Part shown: positions 47,563 through 58,945 of the stretch, piece after piece
Numbering within the stretch: position 1 is the first letter of the stretch
Layout of the letters: each line of letters opens with the position of its first letter
Assembly (NCBI GenBank): GCA_963743815.1
Contig: CAVURB010000014.1
Coordinates: forward strand, 261,719-325,718
Direction: 5' to 3'
Length of the DNA: 64,000 nucleotides
From: an uncultured Chloroflexia bacterium
GTDB lineage: Bacteria > Chloroflexota > Limnocylindria > Limnocylindrales > CSP1-4
Notes under the pieces: model-generated
What the model was told of the DNA's origin: nothing
The model's database searches: none
The model's input: the letters and a program-made list of their open reading frames with translations, nothing else
Made by a program: the position numbers and the translations under genes

Positions 47563-49749
47563 CTAGAACCCGCCGCCAGCGCCGCCGCCGCCACCGCCCG
47601 ACGAGCCGCCACCGAACCCGCCACCGCCACCACCGCCCGACGACGACGGCGAGTTCCCGATGGTGCCGAGCGCGGACATCATCCCGCCGAGGTCCGGCAC
47701 CGCGGAGCCCGAGAAGATGGACCCGCCACTGCCGGCGGCCGCGGCACTCGCGAACGACGACCCATCCGAGTTCGTATACCAGCCCGGGAAGTACGTCGCC
47801 GTGGCCACCGCCCTGCCGGCCCCCACGTCGTCGAGCGATCGCTTGAGCACGTCCTCGATATCGCTCTGCAGGCCGAGCGCCGTTCCCCAGACGATCGCCT
47901 GGTCCGGCGTGACGAGCCAGTCGAGCCCTGCCTCGTCCACGACCTGCTGCATCGAGCGCGCCTGCTCCATCGTCTTGTGCAAGGTTCGCTTGTAGGCCGC
48001 GAGCATCGCGCGGATCATCGCGCCGGGCATCGTCACCGATGGCATCCCCTGGGCGAACAGCATCACGACGACGCCCCCGACGATCGCGGCGATGCCGATC
48101 AGGACGAGCCCCGACATCGGGATGTTGAACCCGACGATGAGGGCCACGATTCCCGCCGCGACCGCGATGGCCCCACGGATCACCCAGCGACTCACGACCG
48201 CACTTGGCTTCTCGACCATCCAGCCGCGTGCCACGACGTGCTCCTCGAGCGCCTTGTCGAACGCCGGTACGGCGGTCCCGAACTTGGGCAGATCGTCGGG
48301 TTCGATGTACTTCTTCGAGCCATCGATGCCACGCAGGCGCTGCAGCGCGACCGCCTCTGCCGGACCCGTGGGTCGCCGGTCGTTGAGTCGCCGCCGCGCT
48401 TCCTCCACGTCGTCGCCCTTGGGTGGATCGGTGTCGACGCCGACCTTTGTCGAGATGCCCAGGAACCCCTTCTCCTCGCGGAACGAGATCTGGCCGCGCG
48501 ATGCGAGGTCCAGCATGGCGGTCGTCAGTGCGCGACGCGATGTCGAGCCATCCATCACGAACGCCCCCGACGCGGCCGTGAGGTCGGCCGGCGGGGCGGG
48601 CATCAGGATCGACGGGTCGTCCAGGTAGACCGGGTCCTTGCCGAACCGTCGCCAGTTGAAGAACGCCCAGCCGGACAGGCCCAGGAACACGATCGGCGCA
48701 CCGACAAGGCCCAGCACGGCATTGATCTGGCGGCCGGCTTCGAGCCGTTCGGCGTTCTCCTGGGTCGCCGCCGCGTCGACCCGCTCGAGCGCGATCCCCA
48801 GCGCACCATCGAAGTCGGCGTTGCGCAGGAACGGGACCATGTCGTTATCGAAGATCGACTGCCGCTCGTTGTTGGTGAGGAACGTCGCCTCGAACCCGGG
48901 CGCGGCATACAGCTGGACCTGCCCGTGCTCGCCGGATGGATCGATGTCGAAGAAGATGACCATCCCGTCATCGAACCCGGCGCGGCCGATGCCCCACTGG
49001 TCGATCAGGGCGCGGGCGCGTGCTTCGGTCTCCGATGTCGTCACGCCGTAGTCGACCGGTTGGGTGTAGACGACGACTTCGGCGCCGGTGCGGGCCTCGA
49101 TGGCGTCGATGGTCGCCTCCGCGTCCACGATCGCCTCCGACGAGAGGATCCCGGCGAAGTCGTAGACGGCCTGGTCGGTGACGGGCTCCGGGAACGGGGG
49201 ACCGGGATCGGGGCCATCCGTCGTTCCGCCGGCCTCGTCGTCCGGGTTCCAGACATCGATGAGGACGTCGGACACACCGACGACGACGGCGGTGTCGAGG
49301 TCATCCGCTTGGAGCCACCCGGCCATGTCGGCTCGGATCGTTTCGAGGTCTGCGGCGTCGACGTGCTCGGCCATCCCCTCGCCGACCGCGAGACCCACCT
49401 CGCCCAGGACGCCATCGGGCGTGAGGTCGGCCAGCATGACCATGTCGGCCCGCCATTGGGCCAGCAAGGCATCGGCGTGCGCCTGGGTCTCCGCCGCGCT
49501 GATCTCGTCGGTGTCGAGTCGCTGGGTGTAGACGACGAGGGCGACGCCGGCGCTGTCACGGATGCTCTGGGCCATCGACTCGGCCTGTGACCGGGTCGTC
49601 TCCTGCAGGACCCCGGCATCGTCGTAGACGAGCTGGGACCCGACCGGTTCCGGGTACGGTGGTCCGGCCGCGGCGACGGTGGCGATCGGGACGATCGTCA
49701 GCAGGACGAGGCCGAGCACGAGGAGAACAGCGAACCGACGGGCAGTCAC
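47563..49749 (-). CDS. membrane protein with two N-terminal TPM (TLP18.3/Psb32-like) domains, a DUF2207-like core and a Gly-rich tail
   Basis: Intact 728 aa with a signal/TM at the N-terminus. There are two repeats of the pattern V.D.AG.L.......I......G...VVYTQ. TM segments lie mid-protein and near residue 560. The C-terminus is SSSGGGGGGGFGGGSSGGGGGGAGGGF. Confidence 0.65.
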   Translation of the reverse strand: MTARRFAVLLVLGLVLLTIVPIATVAAAGPPYPEPVGSQLVYDDAGVLQETTRSQAESMAQSIRDSAGVALVVYTQRLDTDEISAAETQAHADALLAQWRADMVMLADLTPDGVLGEVGLAVGEGMAEHVDAADLETIRADMAGWLQADDLDTAVVVGVSDVLIDVWNPDDEAGGTTDGPDPGPPFPEPVTDQAVYDFAGILSSEAIVDAEATIDAIEARTGAEVVVYTQPVDYGVTTSETEARARALIDQWGIGRAGFDDGMVIFFDIDPSGEHGQVQLYAAPGFEATFLTNNERQSIFDNDMVPFLRNADFDGALGIALERVDAAATQENAERLEAGRQINAVLGLVGAPIVFLGLSGWAFFNWRRFGKDPVYLDDPSILMPAPPADLTAASGAFVMDGSTSRRALTTAMLDLASRGQISFREEKGFLGISTKVGVDTDPPKGDDVEEARRRLNDRRPTGPAEAVALQRLRGIDGSKKYIEPDDLPKFGTAVPAFDKALEEHVVARGWMVEKPSAVVSRWVIRGAIAVAAGIVALIVGFNIPMSGLVLIGIAAIVGGVVVMLFAQGMPSVTMPGAMIRAMLAAYKRTLHKTMEQARSMQQVVDEAGLDWLVTPDQAIVWGTALGLQSDIEDVLKRSLDDVGAGRAVATATYFPGWYTNSDGSSFASAAAAGSGGSIFSGSAVPDLGGMMSALGTIGNSPSSSGGGGGGGFGGGSSGGGGGGAGGGF

Positions 49750-49765
49750 GTCTCGAAGCCTACAG

Positions 49766-50981
49766 TCAGCCGATGAAGGCGTGCGGGACGGCCGGCCGCC
49801 CGTTGTAGCGCGACCGCTGGGACGCGGCGTACGCGCCGGCGTCGGCGATGGCCACCAGGTCGCCCCGGCGGAGCGGCGGCAGGTCGTGCGTGCCGAGGGC
49901 GTCGGTGGACTCGCAGATCGGGCCCTCGACGCGCGTGGGACGGACGTCGGCCGATCCCGTCGGCGTCCCGCCGACGTCCGTGCCGAGCGACGTCAGGGCC
50001 ACGATCGGGTGGCGGGCCCCGTACAGCGCGGGTCGGATGAGCTCGGTCATGCCGGCATCGATGACGACCTGTCGGCCACCGCGCTCGCGGACGTGGAGCA
50101 CCCGGGCCACGATCCAGCCGGCGCGCGCCACCAGCACACGTCCCGGCTCGACGGCCAGTCTCGTGGGTCGTCGGTCCGCCGGGATGCCGTCGAGCAAGCG
50201 CGGGCAGTTCCCGGGCGAACCGCGCCGGCGTGGGGACCGGCACGCCCAGCGGCCGCGACGGGGAAGCCACCGCCCAGGTCCAGCGTGTCGAACGACGCGA
50301 TCGATCCGCGCCACAGCGCCGTCAGGGCCAGGCCCTTGCGAACGGCGTCGCGCCACGCATCCACGGCGCCGAGCTGCGACCCCACGTGGAGGTGGATCCC
50401 GCGTGGCCGCAGGGCGCCGTCCGGCGCCACCGCCGGCCGCGATGGCCGCCGCGATCTCCGTCTCGTCCATCCCGAACTTGCTGGCGCCGGCCCCGACGGC
50501 GAGGACGGCGAGCGTCTCCGGCGCGACGTCCGGGTTGAGCCGGTACAGCACGTCGAGTCGCACGCCGCGACGCTCCGGCCGATGCGCCGCAGGGCCTCCG
50601 CCTCCTCCGGTGACTCCAGCGCGACCCACAGCAGGGGATCGCCGTCGCGCGGCGGCTCGGACCGCGGCGCGCAGGTCGCCGGTCGACTTGCCGACGCCCT
50701 CCAGGGTGATCCGTCCGTTCGGCACGCCCGCCCGCCGGGCGGCGGCCCACTCCCCGCGCGAGACCACGTTGGCCCCGAATCCGCGGGCGCAGACCTCGCG
50801 GATGATCGCCGGCGTGTCGTTCGCCTTGACCGAGTACTGGCGGACGATCGGGTCGGGAAAGGCGTCGCGGACCGCGGCGCACGCCGCGTCCAAGGCGCCA
50901 CGATCCGTGACGTAGACCGGCGTGCGTCGACGTCCGACGGCGCGCAGCCCGGCGGCGGTCTTCGTCGTCGAGCGCCTCCAC
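49766..50981 (-). pseudogene. lysA: diaminopimelate decarboxylase-like (fold-type III PLP decarboxylase), at least five frame breaks
   Basis: Tiles across three frames: TPVYVTDRGALDAACAAVRDAFPDPIVRQYSVKANDTPAI (PLP Lys), ITLEGVGKS, DVLYRLNPDV..GASKFGMD, GIHLHVGSQL, FDTLDLGGGF, LAVEPGRVLVA..VIDAGMTELIRPALYG..VEGPICESTD..GDLVAIADAGAY. Confidence 0.7.
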
Positions 50982-50995
50982 CGAGGCGGCGATCG

Positions 50996-51380
50996 TCAGT
51001 CCGGGACCACCATGCCGACGATCGTGGCGACGATGCGAGATCCCGATCGCCCCGACCACGGCGGCGACCACCGTCGAGAAGCTGAAGTCGGGCGGGAAGC
51101 CGCCGACGACGAACGTGAAGCCCACGAGGTCGGCGATGAAGGCGACCGCGATGAGGAGCGCCGCATTGATGACGATGCCGAAGAGCCCCAGCGTCATCAT
51201 GTTGAGCGGAATGGCGAAGATCTTGAGGATCGGCTTCACGAACGCATTGAGCAGGCCGAGGATGACGGCCACCACCGCGAGCGTCTGCAGGTCGTCGCCG
51301 TACGAGATCGACGGGTAGAAGTAGGCCACGACGGCGACGCCGATGGCGATCACGATGGTCCGGATGATGAAGCCGATCAT
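50996..51380 (-). CDS. DUF360 / phage-holin-4_2 family membrane protein (one frame break near the C-terminus)
   Basis: MIGFIIRTIVIAIGVAVVAYFYP..VAVILGLLNAFVKPILKIFAIPLNMMTLGLFGIVINAALLIAVAFI... The shifted end is IVATIVGMVVPD*. Confidence 0.65.
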
Positions 51381-51461
51381 GCCAACTCCTCGGTCTGGTG
51401 CGTCCCCGACGATCCGAGCCGTCGTGTACCGAGGATAGCCCCGATGGCGCGATCGCCGCGG

Positions 51462-52476
51462 TCATCGAAGCAGGAACCCGGTGCCGACGGCGTCGCGCGG
51501 ATCGAGCACGAAGCGCGTGCTCGCCGGTCCGGAATGCGGAGCCTTCGACCCACGTGTCGACGGCCGGCACGGCCCGCGACGTCGGTCGTGCCGCTCGATC
51601 CCGGCGGTGAAGACGCTGTCCACGATCGATCGATGCGTCAACGTCTCGCCGACGCCGATCTCGCCCGCGGGCGTGCCATGATCGCCAGCCGGGCGCTCGT
51701 CCCCGATCCGCACGGCGAGCGATCCACCTCGCCGTCGGCGAAGACCGTGACGTTGCGCTGCTCGGTCCCGGTCGCGCCGTCGATCGGCTCCCAGAAGATG
51801 ACGCCGTAGATGCCGCGCAGCTCGGGCTCGCAGCGGGTGGACGACGTCGACCGCGTGCCTCGAGCGCCGGACGCAGCTCGCGCTGCAGGGCGATGAGCTC
51901 GGGGAGGCTGGCGCGGTCCACGCCGGAGCCCCAGCGTCCGGACGTCGAGCGAGCCGTAGAACGCGCCACCGAACCCGATGTCGAGGGTGAGCGGGCCGCG
52001 CGACGGTCGCCACGTCACGTCGGTCGCCAGCACGAACGACGGCACGTTCTCGAAGCGGACCGACTGCGACGCCGCCGTCGCGATCCAGGCGCGCGATGCA
52101 GCGGCAGGCGGCCCGACGGGACGTCGACCGTCACCTCGCGGGCCGGCCATCGCGGCCCGGTCTCGAGCGCCCACGTCACGAGCGCGATCGTCCCGTGCCC
52201 GCACGCCGTCGAGTAGCCCTCGTTGTGGAAGAACACGACGCCGAGGTCCGCCCCGTCGTCGTTCGGGCGGCGTCACGAAGCAGCCGTACATGTCGGCGTG
52301 GCCGCGCGGCTCGTTGACCAGGAGCTGGCGGACGTGATCCAGGTGCTCGGCGGCCCAGCGGCGCCGCGCTCGAGGATCGTCGTGACCCTCGAGGCGGGGA
52401 CGCCGCCGGTCACGATCCGGAACGGCTCGCCGCCGGTGTGGTAGTCGGTCGTCGTGATCGGCGCGGGCTCGGTCAT
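51462..52476 (-). pseudogene. proline racemase / 4-hydroxyproline epimerase family protein, about five frame breaks
   Basis: MTEPAPITTTDYHTGGEPFRIVTGG.., [38 protein letters not shown] (first catalytic Cys), [49 protein letters not shown] (second catalytic Cys). Confidence 0.7.
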
Positions 52477-53075
52477 CGGGCGAGCTTCGCGCGGAGTCGG
52501 TCGCGGACCGCCGGCCATTCGGGCGCGATGATCGCCGTAGAACGCGGAGTCGCGGTCCGAGCCGTCGGGCATGATCGTGTGGTGGCGCAGGACGCCCTCG
52601 AACGTGGCGCCGATCCCGAGCAGCGCGGCCCGCGACGCGTCGTTCCGGGCATGGGTCTTGAACTCGACCCGCTCGCGCGCCGAGCGTCTCGAACGCGTGG
52701 GTCAGCTGGAGCAGCTTGGCCTCCCGGTTGGCGCCGGTGCGCTGGAACGCCGTGCCGACCCACGTCCAGCCGATCTCGAGGCGCCGGTGCTCCGGGACGA
52801 TGGTCATGAACCGGCTGCTGCCGATCGCCCGGCCCGTCGCCTGGTCGACGGTCGCGAACGGCACCTCGGTCCCGGCTGCCGCGTTCGCGAGGGCCGCGTC
52901 GAGCCAGCCGCGAAGCCCGGCGTCGTCCATCGGCCGGGCGATGGTCCAGCGCCAGACCGGCGGCATCGAAGGCGACGCGGCGCGAGGTCCTCGAGGTGGT
53001 GCTCGTCGCAGCGGCTCCATCCGGACGCGCGGTTCCCGAGAGCGTGACGGGCGTGACCCACGACTGTGCCGACAT
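52473..53075 (-). pseudogene. GNAT (RimJ/RimL-like) N-acetyltransferase, about four frame breaks
   Basis: MSAQSWVTPVTLSG.., PFATVDQATGRAIGSSRFMTIVPEHRRLEIGWTWVGTAFQRTGANREAKLLQLTHAFETLG, FEGVLRHHTIMPDGSDRDSAFYG, IIAPEWPAVRDRLRAKLAR*. Confidence 0.65.
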
Positions 53076-53127
53076 GGACGGGATGGTAGCCGCCCGCCGA
53101 TGCCCCTCGGCACCATAGACTCCGGTC

Positions 53128-54896
53128 ATGCCTGATCCCGCCCTCCCGATCGATGCCTTCCTCGACGAGCTCCTCGCCCTCGAACCGGTCGCGGCCACCT
53201 CGATCGGCGATCACCGCCACGACGACCGATGGCCGGATGTCTCGGCGGGCGGCCGTCGCCGGCACGGCTGGCGTTCACCGAGCGCTGGGCGGCGACGTTC
53301 GCCGCCATCGATCCGGCGACCCTGACGCTCGACGAAGCCGTCGATCGCGACCTGCTGCTCATGGAGCTCGACGCCGACCGTTTCGAGCAGATGGATCTCC
53401 AGGAGGATCGCTGGAACCCGCTCGCCTGGGTCTACCTCCTGGGCGACGGGGTCTTCGGGCTGCTCTCGCGCGAGTTCGCCCCGCTCGCGGACCGGCTTGT
53501 CGAGCGTCGCCGGCCGGCTCGAGGGGATGCCGGCCGTGCTGGACGGCGCCCGGGAGGCGCTCGTCGGAACAGCGGATGGCCGTCCGGTGGGCCGGTTCCA
53601 GACCGAGACCGCGCTGAGCCAGCTTTCCGGGGTCTCCGAGCTCATCGACGATGCCCTCGCCGAGGCCGGACGTGCCGCGGGCCGACGACGAGCGGCGTGG
53701 CCGAGCTCCGTCCCCGACTCGAGGCAGCCGCCGCGGTCGCAATGGCGGCACTCGAAGCGTTCGAGACGCACCTGCGCGACGTCGTCCTGCCGGCCAGCGA
53801 CGGCGACGCGCGATTGGGGCCCGACCTCTTCGCCCGCAAGCTGCGCCACACGATGCGTTCGGCAGTCGCTGACGCCCGAACGGATCCTCGCCGCCGCCGA
53901 GCGCGAGTACGGGGTCGTTCGCGCCGAGATGGTCCGGCTCGCGCGCGACCTGTGGCCGACCTGGCGCCCCGATGGCCCCGCCCCGTCCGACGATGGCTCA
54001 CTCGTGCGCGGCGTGCTGGACGCCATCGCCGCCGAGCACCCGGCGGCCGACGACCTGCTCGACTTCTGCCGGGAGGAGAACGTCCGCATCGAGGCGTTCT
54101 GCCGGGAGCACGACCTCATCGGCCTCGCGGACGAGCCGCATGGACATCCGCTGGACGCCGGTCTTCCTGCGGGCATTCGGGCGGAGCGATGCTCATCTCG
54201 CCCGGTCCCCTCGACCGAGGCCTCACGAGCTTCTTCGCCATCACGCCGATGCCGGACGACTGGTCAGCCGGAGCAGCGCGAGTCGTACCTGCGCGAGGAC
54301 AACGACCGGATGCTGCGCCTGCTCACGATCCACGAGGCCGTGCCCGGGCACTACCTCCAGGGCGTCTACGCCAACCGCTCGCACGTCGCTGCCGCGCGCC
54401 GTCTTCTCCAGCGGCCTGTTCGCCGAGGGCTGGGCGGTCTACGTCACCCAGGTGATGATGGACGTGGGCTACGGGGCGGACGACCCGGCGCTCCTCCTGA
54501 CCCACTGGAAGTTCTACCTGCGCTCGGTCACGAACGCGATCATCGACGCGCGGATCCACACGATGGGATGACCGAGGACGAGGCCGTCGCACTTGATGGT
54601 CGACGGCGGGTTCCAGGAGGAATCGAGGCGCGCGCCAAGTTCAGCCGCGCCCGCTTGTCGTCCACGCAGCTCTCCACGTACTTCGCCGGCTCGCTGGAGA
54701 TGTGGGAGATGGAGCTCGAGGCGCGGCGGCGCGCGGCCGCGGCCGGCGGGCGCGGACCCGGACGCGATCACGGCGGAGCCGCTCCCGGGCGGCTTCGGCC
54801 ACACGCCCGGGTTCCGCTACCGCGACCACCTCGAGGCGCGTCATCTCGCACGGCTCGCCGCCGACGTCGCTGCTGCGCCGGCTGCTGTTCGACTAG
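53128..54896 (+). pseudogene. DUF885-family protein (HExxPGH metalloprotein-like), about seven frame breaks
   Basis: PIDAFLDELLALEPVAATSIGDHRHDDRWPD, FTERWAATFAAID..DRDLLLMELD, LEGMPAVLDGAREAL, LEAFETHLRDVVLP, YGVVRAEMVRLARDLW, LTIHEAVPGHYLQGVYAN, FAEGWAVYVTQVMMD, LTHWKFYLRSVTNAIIDARIH, TEDEAVALMVDGGF, FSRARLSSTQLSTYFAGSLE. Confidence 0.7.
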
Positions 54897-54898
54897 CG

Positions 54899-55460
54899 GT
54901 GGGCACGGCGTCGTCGATCGAGCGGGACGTCCTGGATCGGCTCGAACGAGCCGGCATGCGGCTACTACATCACGGGGTCCGAGGCGCTCTCGCGTCTGGG
55001 CAGAGCCGCGTCAGACGCTCGACATCGACATCGTGACCGACCTGCCGGTCGCCCGGTACGACGCGCGTCGATCCGCCCGGCCTTCGATGACGCGTACCTG
55101 GTGAACGACCTGATCGACCGTCGAGCGGCCGCGGGTACGGTTCGGTCATCCATCGAACGCGAGATCCGCAAGGCCGATCTCATCATGCGGCCGGGACTGA
55201 TCCGTGGGGCCGGTCCGCGTTCGAACGTCGTCGTCTCGTCGATGACCCGATGCTTGGATGCGACATGGTTCATCAGTCCGGAGGACCTCGTGCTCGCAAA
55301 GCTCTCCTGGTCCGATGGCGGGGCTTCGGAGCGCCAGATCCGCGATTCCGCGTTCCATCGTCCGGCATCGCAGCCGACCCTCGACTGGGCCTACATCGAC
55401 CGGTACGCTGGCGTCCTTGGGATCCGCGATCTTGTGGAGTTGGTCCGTGCCGATCGATAG
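54899..55460 (+). pseudogene. minimal nucleotidyltransferase-fold protein (DUF6036-like), about three frame breaks
   Basis: ERDVLDRLERAG, YYITGSEALSRLGEPRQTLDIDIVTDL (the GS..DxD pattern), and the C-terminal FISPEDLVLAKLSWSDGGASERQIRD...TLDWAYIDRYAGVLGIRDLVELV. The family call is from recall only. Confidence 0.4.
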
Positions 55461-55745
55461 CGCGCAGGCGATGCTCGACCAGCGCCTGCATCGAGGTCGG
55501 GGTCGAAGGCGCGGATCGCCGGCAACATGTCCGATTGCGTGACAACGGTGTCGCGCGCGTCTGGGCGCCAGCGGATCGGTGCGGCACGATGACCGAAGTC
55601 GAGCGAGCCCGCTTCCTCCTGCGCCGCCTCTACCCGGAACTCGAGGGTCCACGATTGGACGCGATCATCGACCGCCTGGACGGCGAGTGGCGGGCCGGGA
55701 CGTGGACGGGCTTCCGGCGTCCGACCCGCCACCCGGCGACTCCGA

Positions 55746-57075
55746 CTAGCGACCGATCGCCCGCGCTGTCGCGTCGAGGGCCGCCACCTCCGCGTCGTAG
55801 ATGCCGCGGAGTCGTTCGCCGAGGTCGGCGAACAGCTCGTGCATCCGGTCCTCCGTGATCGTCGAGTCCGGTCCCGTGCGCGTCGCGGATGGCCCACAGC
55901 CGGTCGGCCGCCGCCCGGGCGCGCCGACGGCCGGGTTCGCCGGCCATCACCGCGTCGTGGAGTTCCTCGGCCGCCGCGACGGCGTCCACCGCGCCATCGA
56001 GGTCGGGCGGGACCGCCGCATCGGCGAGGTCCTCCCATCGGTCGGCGGCCTCGCGCCAGCGTCCGGCCGCCTCGTCCATCGGGGCGAACCCGGCGGCCGT
56101 CACCTCGTCGAGGAACTCGGCGTACCGCTCGCGCAGGTGGCCACCCGTCGCACCGACGCCGCCATCGACGCCTTCGACGATCGAGAGCAGCGCCCCGAGC
56201 AGCCCGTCGCCGTCGGCGAAGACCCGTGGCCACGCCTTGGCGTTCGCGGGTGTCGGTCATGAGCCGGGACCACTTGCGCCATGCCGGCAACGAGAACGAG
56301 TCCGACGAGGAGCGCAGGTGGTCGACCTGGTGGGCGAGGCCATCGTGGACGGCCTGACGGAGTCGGTCCGGCGAGATCGTCGCCCGGGTCGGGCGTCGGC
56401 ACGATCAGGCGGTGCTTCCACGAGCCGATCCGGGCACGGGCGCGCGCCATCGTGGCGCGATCCACCTCGAGCGGCTCGCGGCCGCGGTCGTCCACGCGAT
56501 AGCTGCCATCCCCGGTCCGCCCGACGATCGCGACGGGGTAGCCGCAGTACCCGGAGAGCGAGTCCGGCAGCCCCCACGTCCCCATCGACTGCAGGTCCAC
56601 GAACGCGATCGCCGTGCGCCCGCGGATCGAGCGCCGCATCGAGCGACGCCTGCGCCCCGACGGCACCCGCGGTCTCGTGGAGTTCCGCCGCGATGCCCAG
56701 GCGACCGAGGGCGTTGCCGTACCAGCCCGGGATCCCCGGGTACTGCCACTGGTTGGTGAACCCGAGGGTCAGGATGGCCCCGCCGCGAGCCTTGAACTCC
56801 CACAGGATGTAGCCCGCGCCGAGCCCGCCGGCGATCCCGAGGATCATCGCCTCGGACAGCGGTCGGCCGTTCAAGGGCGAGACGACGCCGGCGTCGGCGA
56901 GCGCGCGGGCGAGTGCCGCGCTGTTCGGATTGAGCCCCGCGATCCGGGTGGGCGATGGGTCGGGCGTCCCGGACACGCCGTCGGTCATGAGCGCCCGTCG
57001 CGCCGCGGCATAGCGTTCACCGGTCTTGGCCATGCGGGCGCGGACCAGCGTCTTGAAGCCCTTCTGGGTCGTCAT
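55746..57075 (-). pseudogene. BtrH_N / DUF4872-like protein, about three frame breaks
   Basis: MTTQKGFKTLVRARMAKTGERYAAARRAL.., LNGRPLSEAMILGIAGGLGAGYILWEFKARGGAILTLGF, AIAFVDLQSMGTWGLPDSLSGYCGYPVAIVG..YRVDDRG, and the C-terminal ...RMHELFADLGERLRGIYDAEVAALDATARAIGR*. Confidence 0.45.
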
Positions 57076-57177
57076 CGATCGGTCTCCGTCACGGCCGCCG
57101 ACGCCCGCGCCCACGCCGCCACGTCGTCGGCCGGTCGGATGTCGACCGGTTCGTCCCGAGGATCTCGTCTATCCCCT

Positions 57178-58935
57178 TTACCGCCGCGTCGCCGGGTCGC
57201 GTGAGGACCCGGTCTGGCAGTCGGGCGCGGGAGGCGCCGTCCCCGAGTCTAGCGCGTCCGTCCAGTCGCTGGCGGCGCCGGATGCCACGCGGTGCCGCGG
57301 ACGCCGTCGCCGCCGTCGGCGCCGCCGCTCCCCGCCGAGCGCGTGGTCCGGCAGCCGACGCGTGAACCACAGGCCCAGCACGGCGAAGATCGCCACCGCG
57401 AGCAGGGCGACCTTCAGGGCGTCCACCTGGGCCGCCCCGTAGTCGGCGGCGATCGCCGGCGGCCTCGTCGGCCGGGACGCCCGCCGCGAGCAGCGGCATC
57501 CTCGACCTGGGCGACCGGGAGGACGTCGAGGCCCTCGGTCGTGGCGAGCTCGGTCAGGGTCGCCTGCACGTCCGGCGAGATCGGCCGGGTTCTCGCGCGA
57601 CGCGGTCCGCGAACCCGCCGGACAGGGCGCTCAGCATGATCGCGCCGATCAGCGCGGTGCCGAGCGACGCCCCCAGGTTCTGGGCCGTCCCCTGGAGCCC
57701 GCCGGCCTCGTTGGTCTGCTCGGGAGCCACGGACGACATGATCACGTTGCCCAGCTGCGACGCGAGCAGCCCGACGCCGACGCCGAAGACGGCGAGGGCG
57801 AACGCGAAGGCGAACGAATCGAGCGTCGCGTCCACCGTGCCGACGAGGCCGAACGCGGCGATGGCGAGGGCGACCAGACCGCCCTGGACGACCCGTCTCG
57901 GGGAGCGACGGGCGGCGATCTTCGGGACCGAGGAGTGCCGCGACGAGCATCGTCGCGGACATCGGCAGGAGCTTGAGGCCGGTCTCGAACGCATCCAGCC
58001 CCAGCACCGTCTGGAGATAGACCGGCAGGATGAAGAACGTGCCGAGCAGGATCAGCTGCTGCATGCCGAGCGAGGTCGAGTCCCGCGCGCAGAGGTCGCG
58101 ATGCTGCAGCATCGAGAGGTCCACCAGCGCGTCCTCGCCACGCCGCTCGCGGCGTTCCTCCCACTCCGCGAACAGGCCCAGGAAGACCAGACCGCCGAGG
58201 ATCAGGAACGGGACGACGCTGAACCCGAACGGGGTGATCTCGTTGCCGCCGATGGTCAGCGCGCCCTTCGGCCAGATCCAGCCCCACGAGCTGCTGCCCA
58301 GGATGCCGAAGACCACCGAGCGCGAGTCCGATCGCCGACAGGGCCGCGCCGACCACGTCGAGCTGCGGCGTCGGATCCGCCTTGGGGCTCGGCTTGAGCC
58401 GTCCGCGGAGGAGCAGGATCGCGACGACCGCGAACACCTCGCCGACGAAGACCAGCCGCCAGGTCCAGGTCGTCGTGACGAACCCGCCGATGACCGGCCC
58501 GACCGCGATCGCCGCCGCCGCGACCCCGCCGATGATCCCGTACGCGAGCGCCCGGTCCTTGCCTTCGTAGTTCGCCGCGATGAGTGCCGCGATCGCCGGG
58601 ATCACCATCACGGCGCCCAGGCCCTCGATCAGCGACCAGCCGAACAGGAGCACCGGGAGGTTGGGGCTCAGCGCCGTCGTCAGCGACCCGACGCCGTACA
58701 CGGCGAGACCGATCGCGAAGGCCCGTTCGCGACCCCAGATGTCGCCGATCTTCGCGCCGACCAGCATGAACGCGGCCATCACCAGCGTGTAGGCCGTGAT
58801 CGCCAGCTGGACGCCCTGGATGGTCGTGTCGAGGTCTTCGACGATCTGCGAGATCGACACGTTCATGACGCTGCTGTCGAGCACCATCACGAACTGCGCG
58901 GCGGCCAGGATGCCCACAGCGGTCCAGCGTCCCAT
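57178..58935 (-). pseudogene. MFS transporter, DHA2 family (second copy), about four frame breaks
   Basis: The ATG at 58935 follows AGAGGAGA. ILAAAQFVMVLDSSVMNVSISQIVEDL..GAKIGDIWGRERAF..IEGLGAVMVIPA, then fragments VFGILGSSSWGW.., LILLGTFFILPVYLQTVLG, FGVGVGLLASQLGNVIMSSV and KVALLAVAIFAVLGLWFTRRLP in other frames. Confidence 0.7.
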
Positions 58936-58945
58936 TCGGTCTCCT

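Noticed and set aside
47329-49590. 753-aa plus-strand ORF
   Set aside because: It is antisense to the well-supported TPM-DUF2207 gene. Its translation is Arg/Asp/Gly/His-rich with no motifs, which is typical of a shadow ORF.
50996-51380. Phage holin as evidence of a prophage
   Set aside because: DUF360/holin-4_2 family proteins are widespread chromosomal membrane proteins. No capsid, terminase, integrase, lysin or att-like repeats are nearby.
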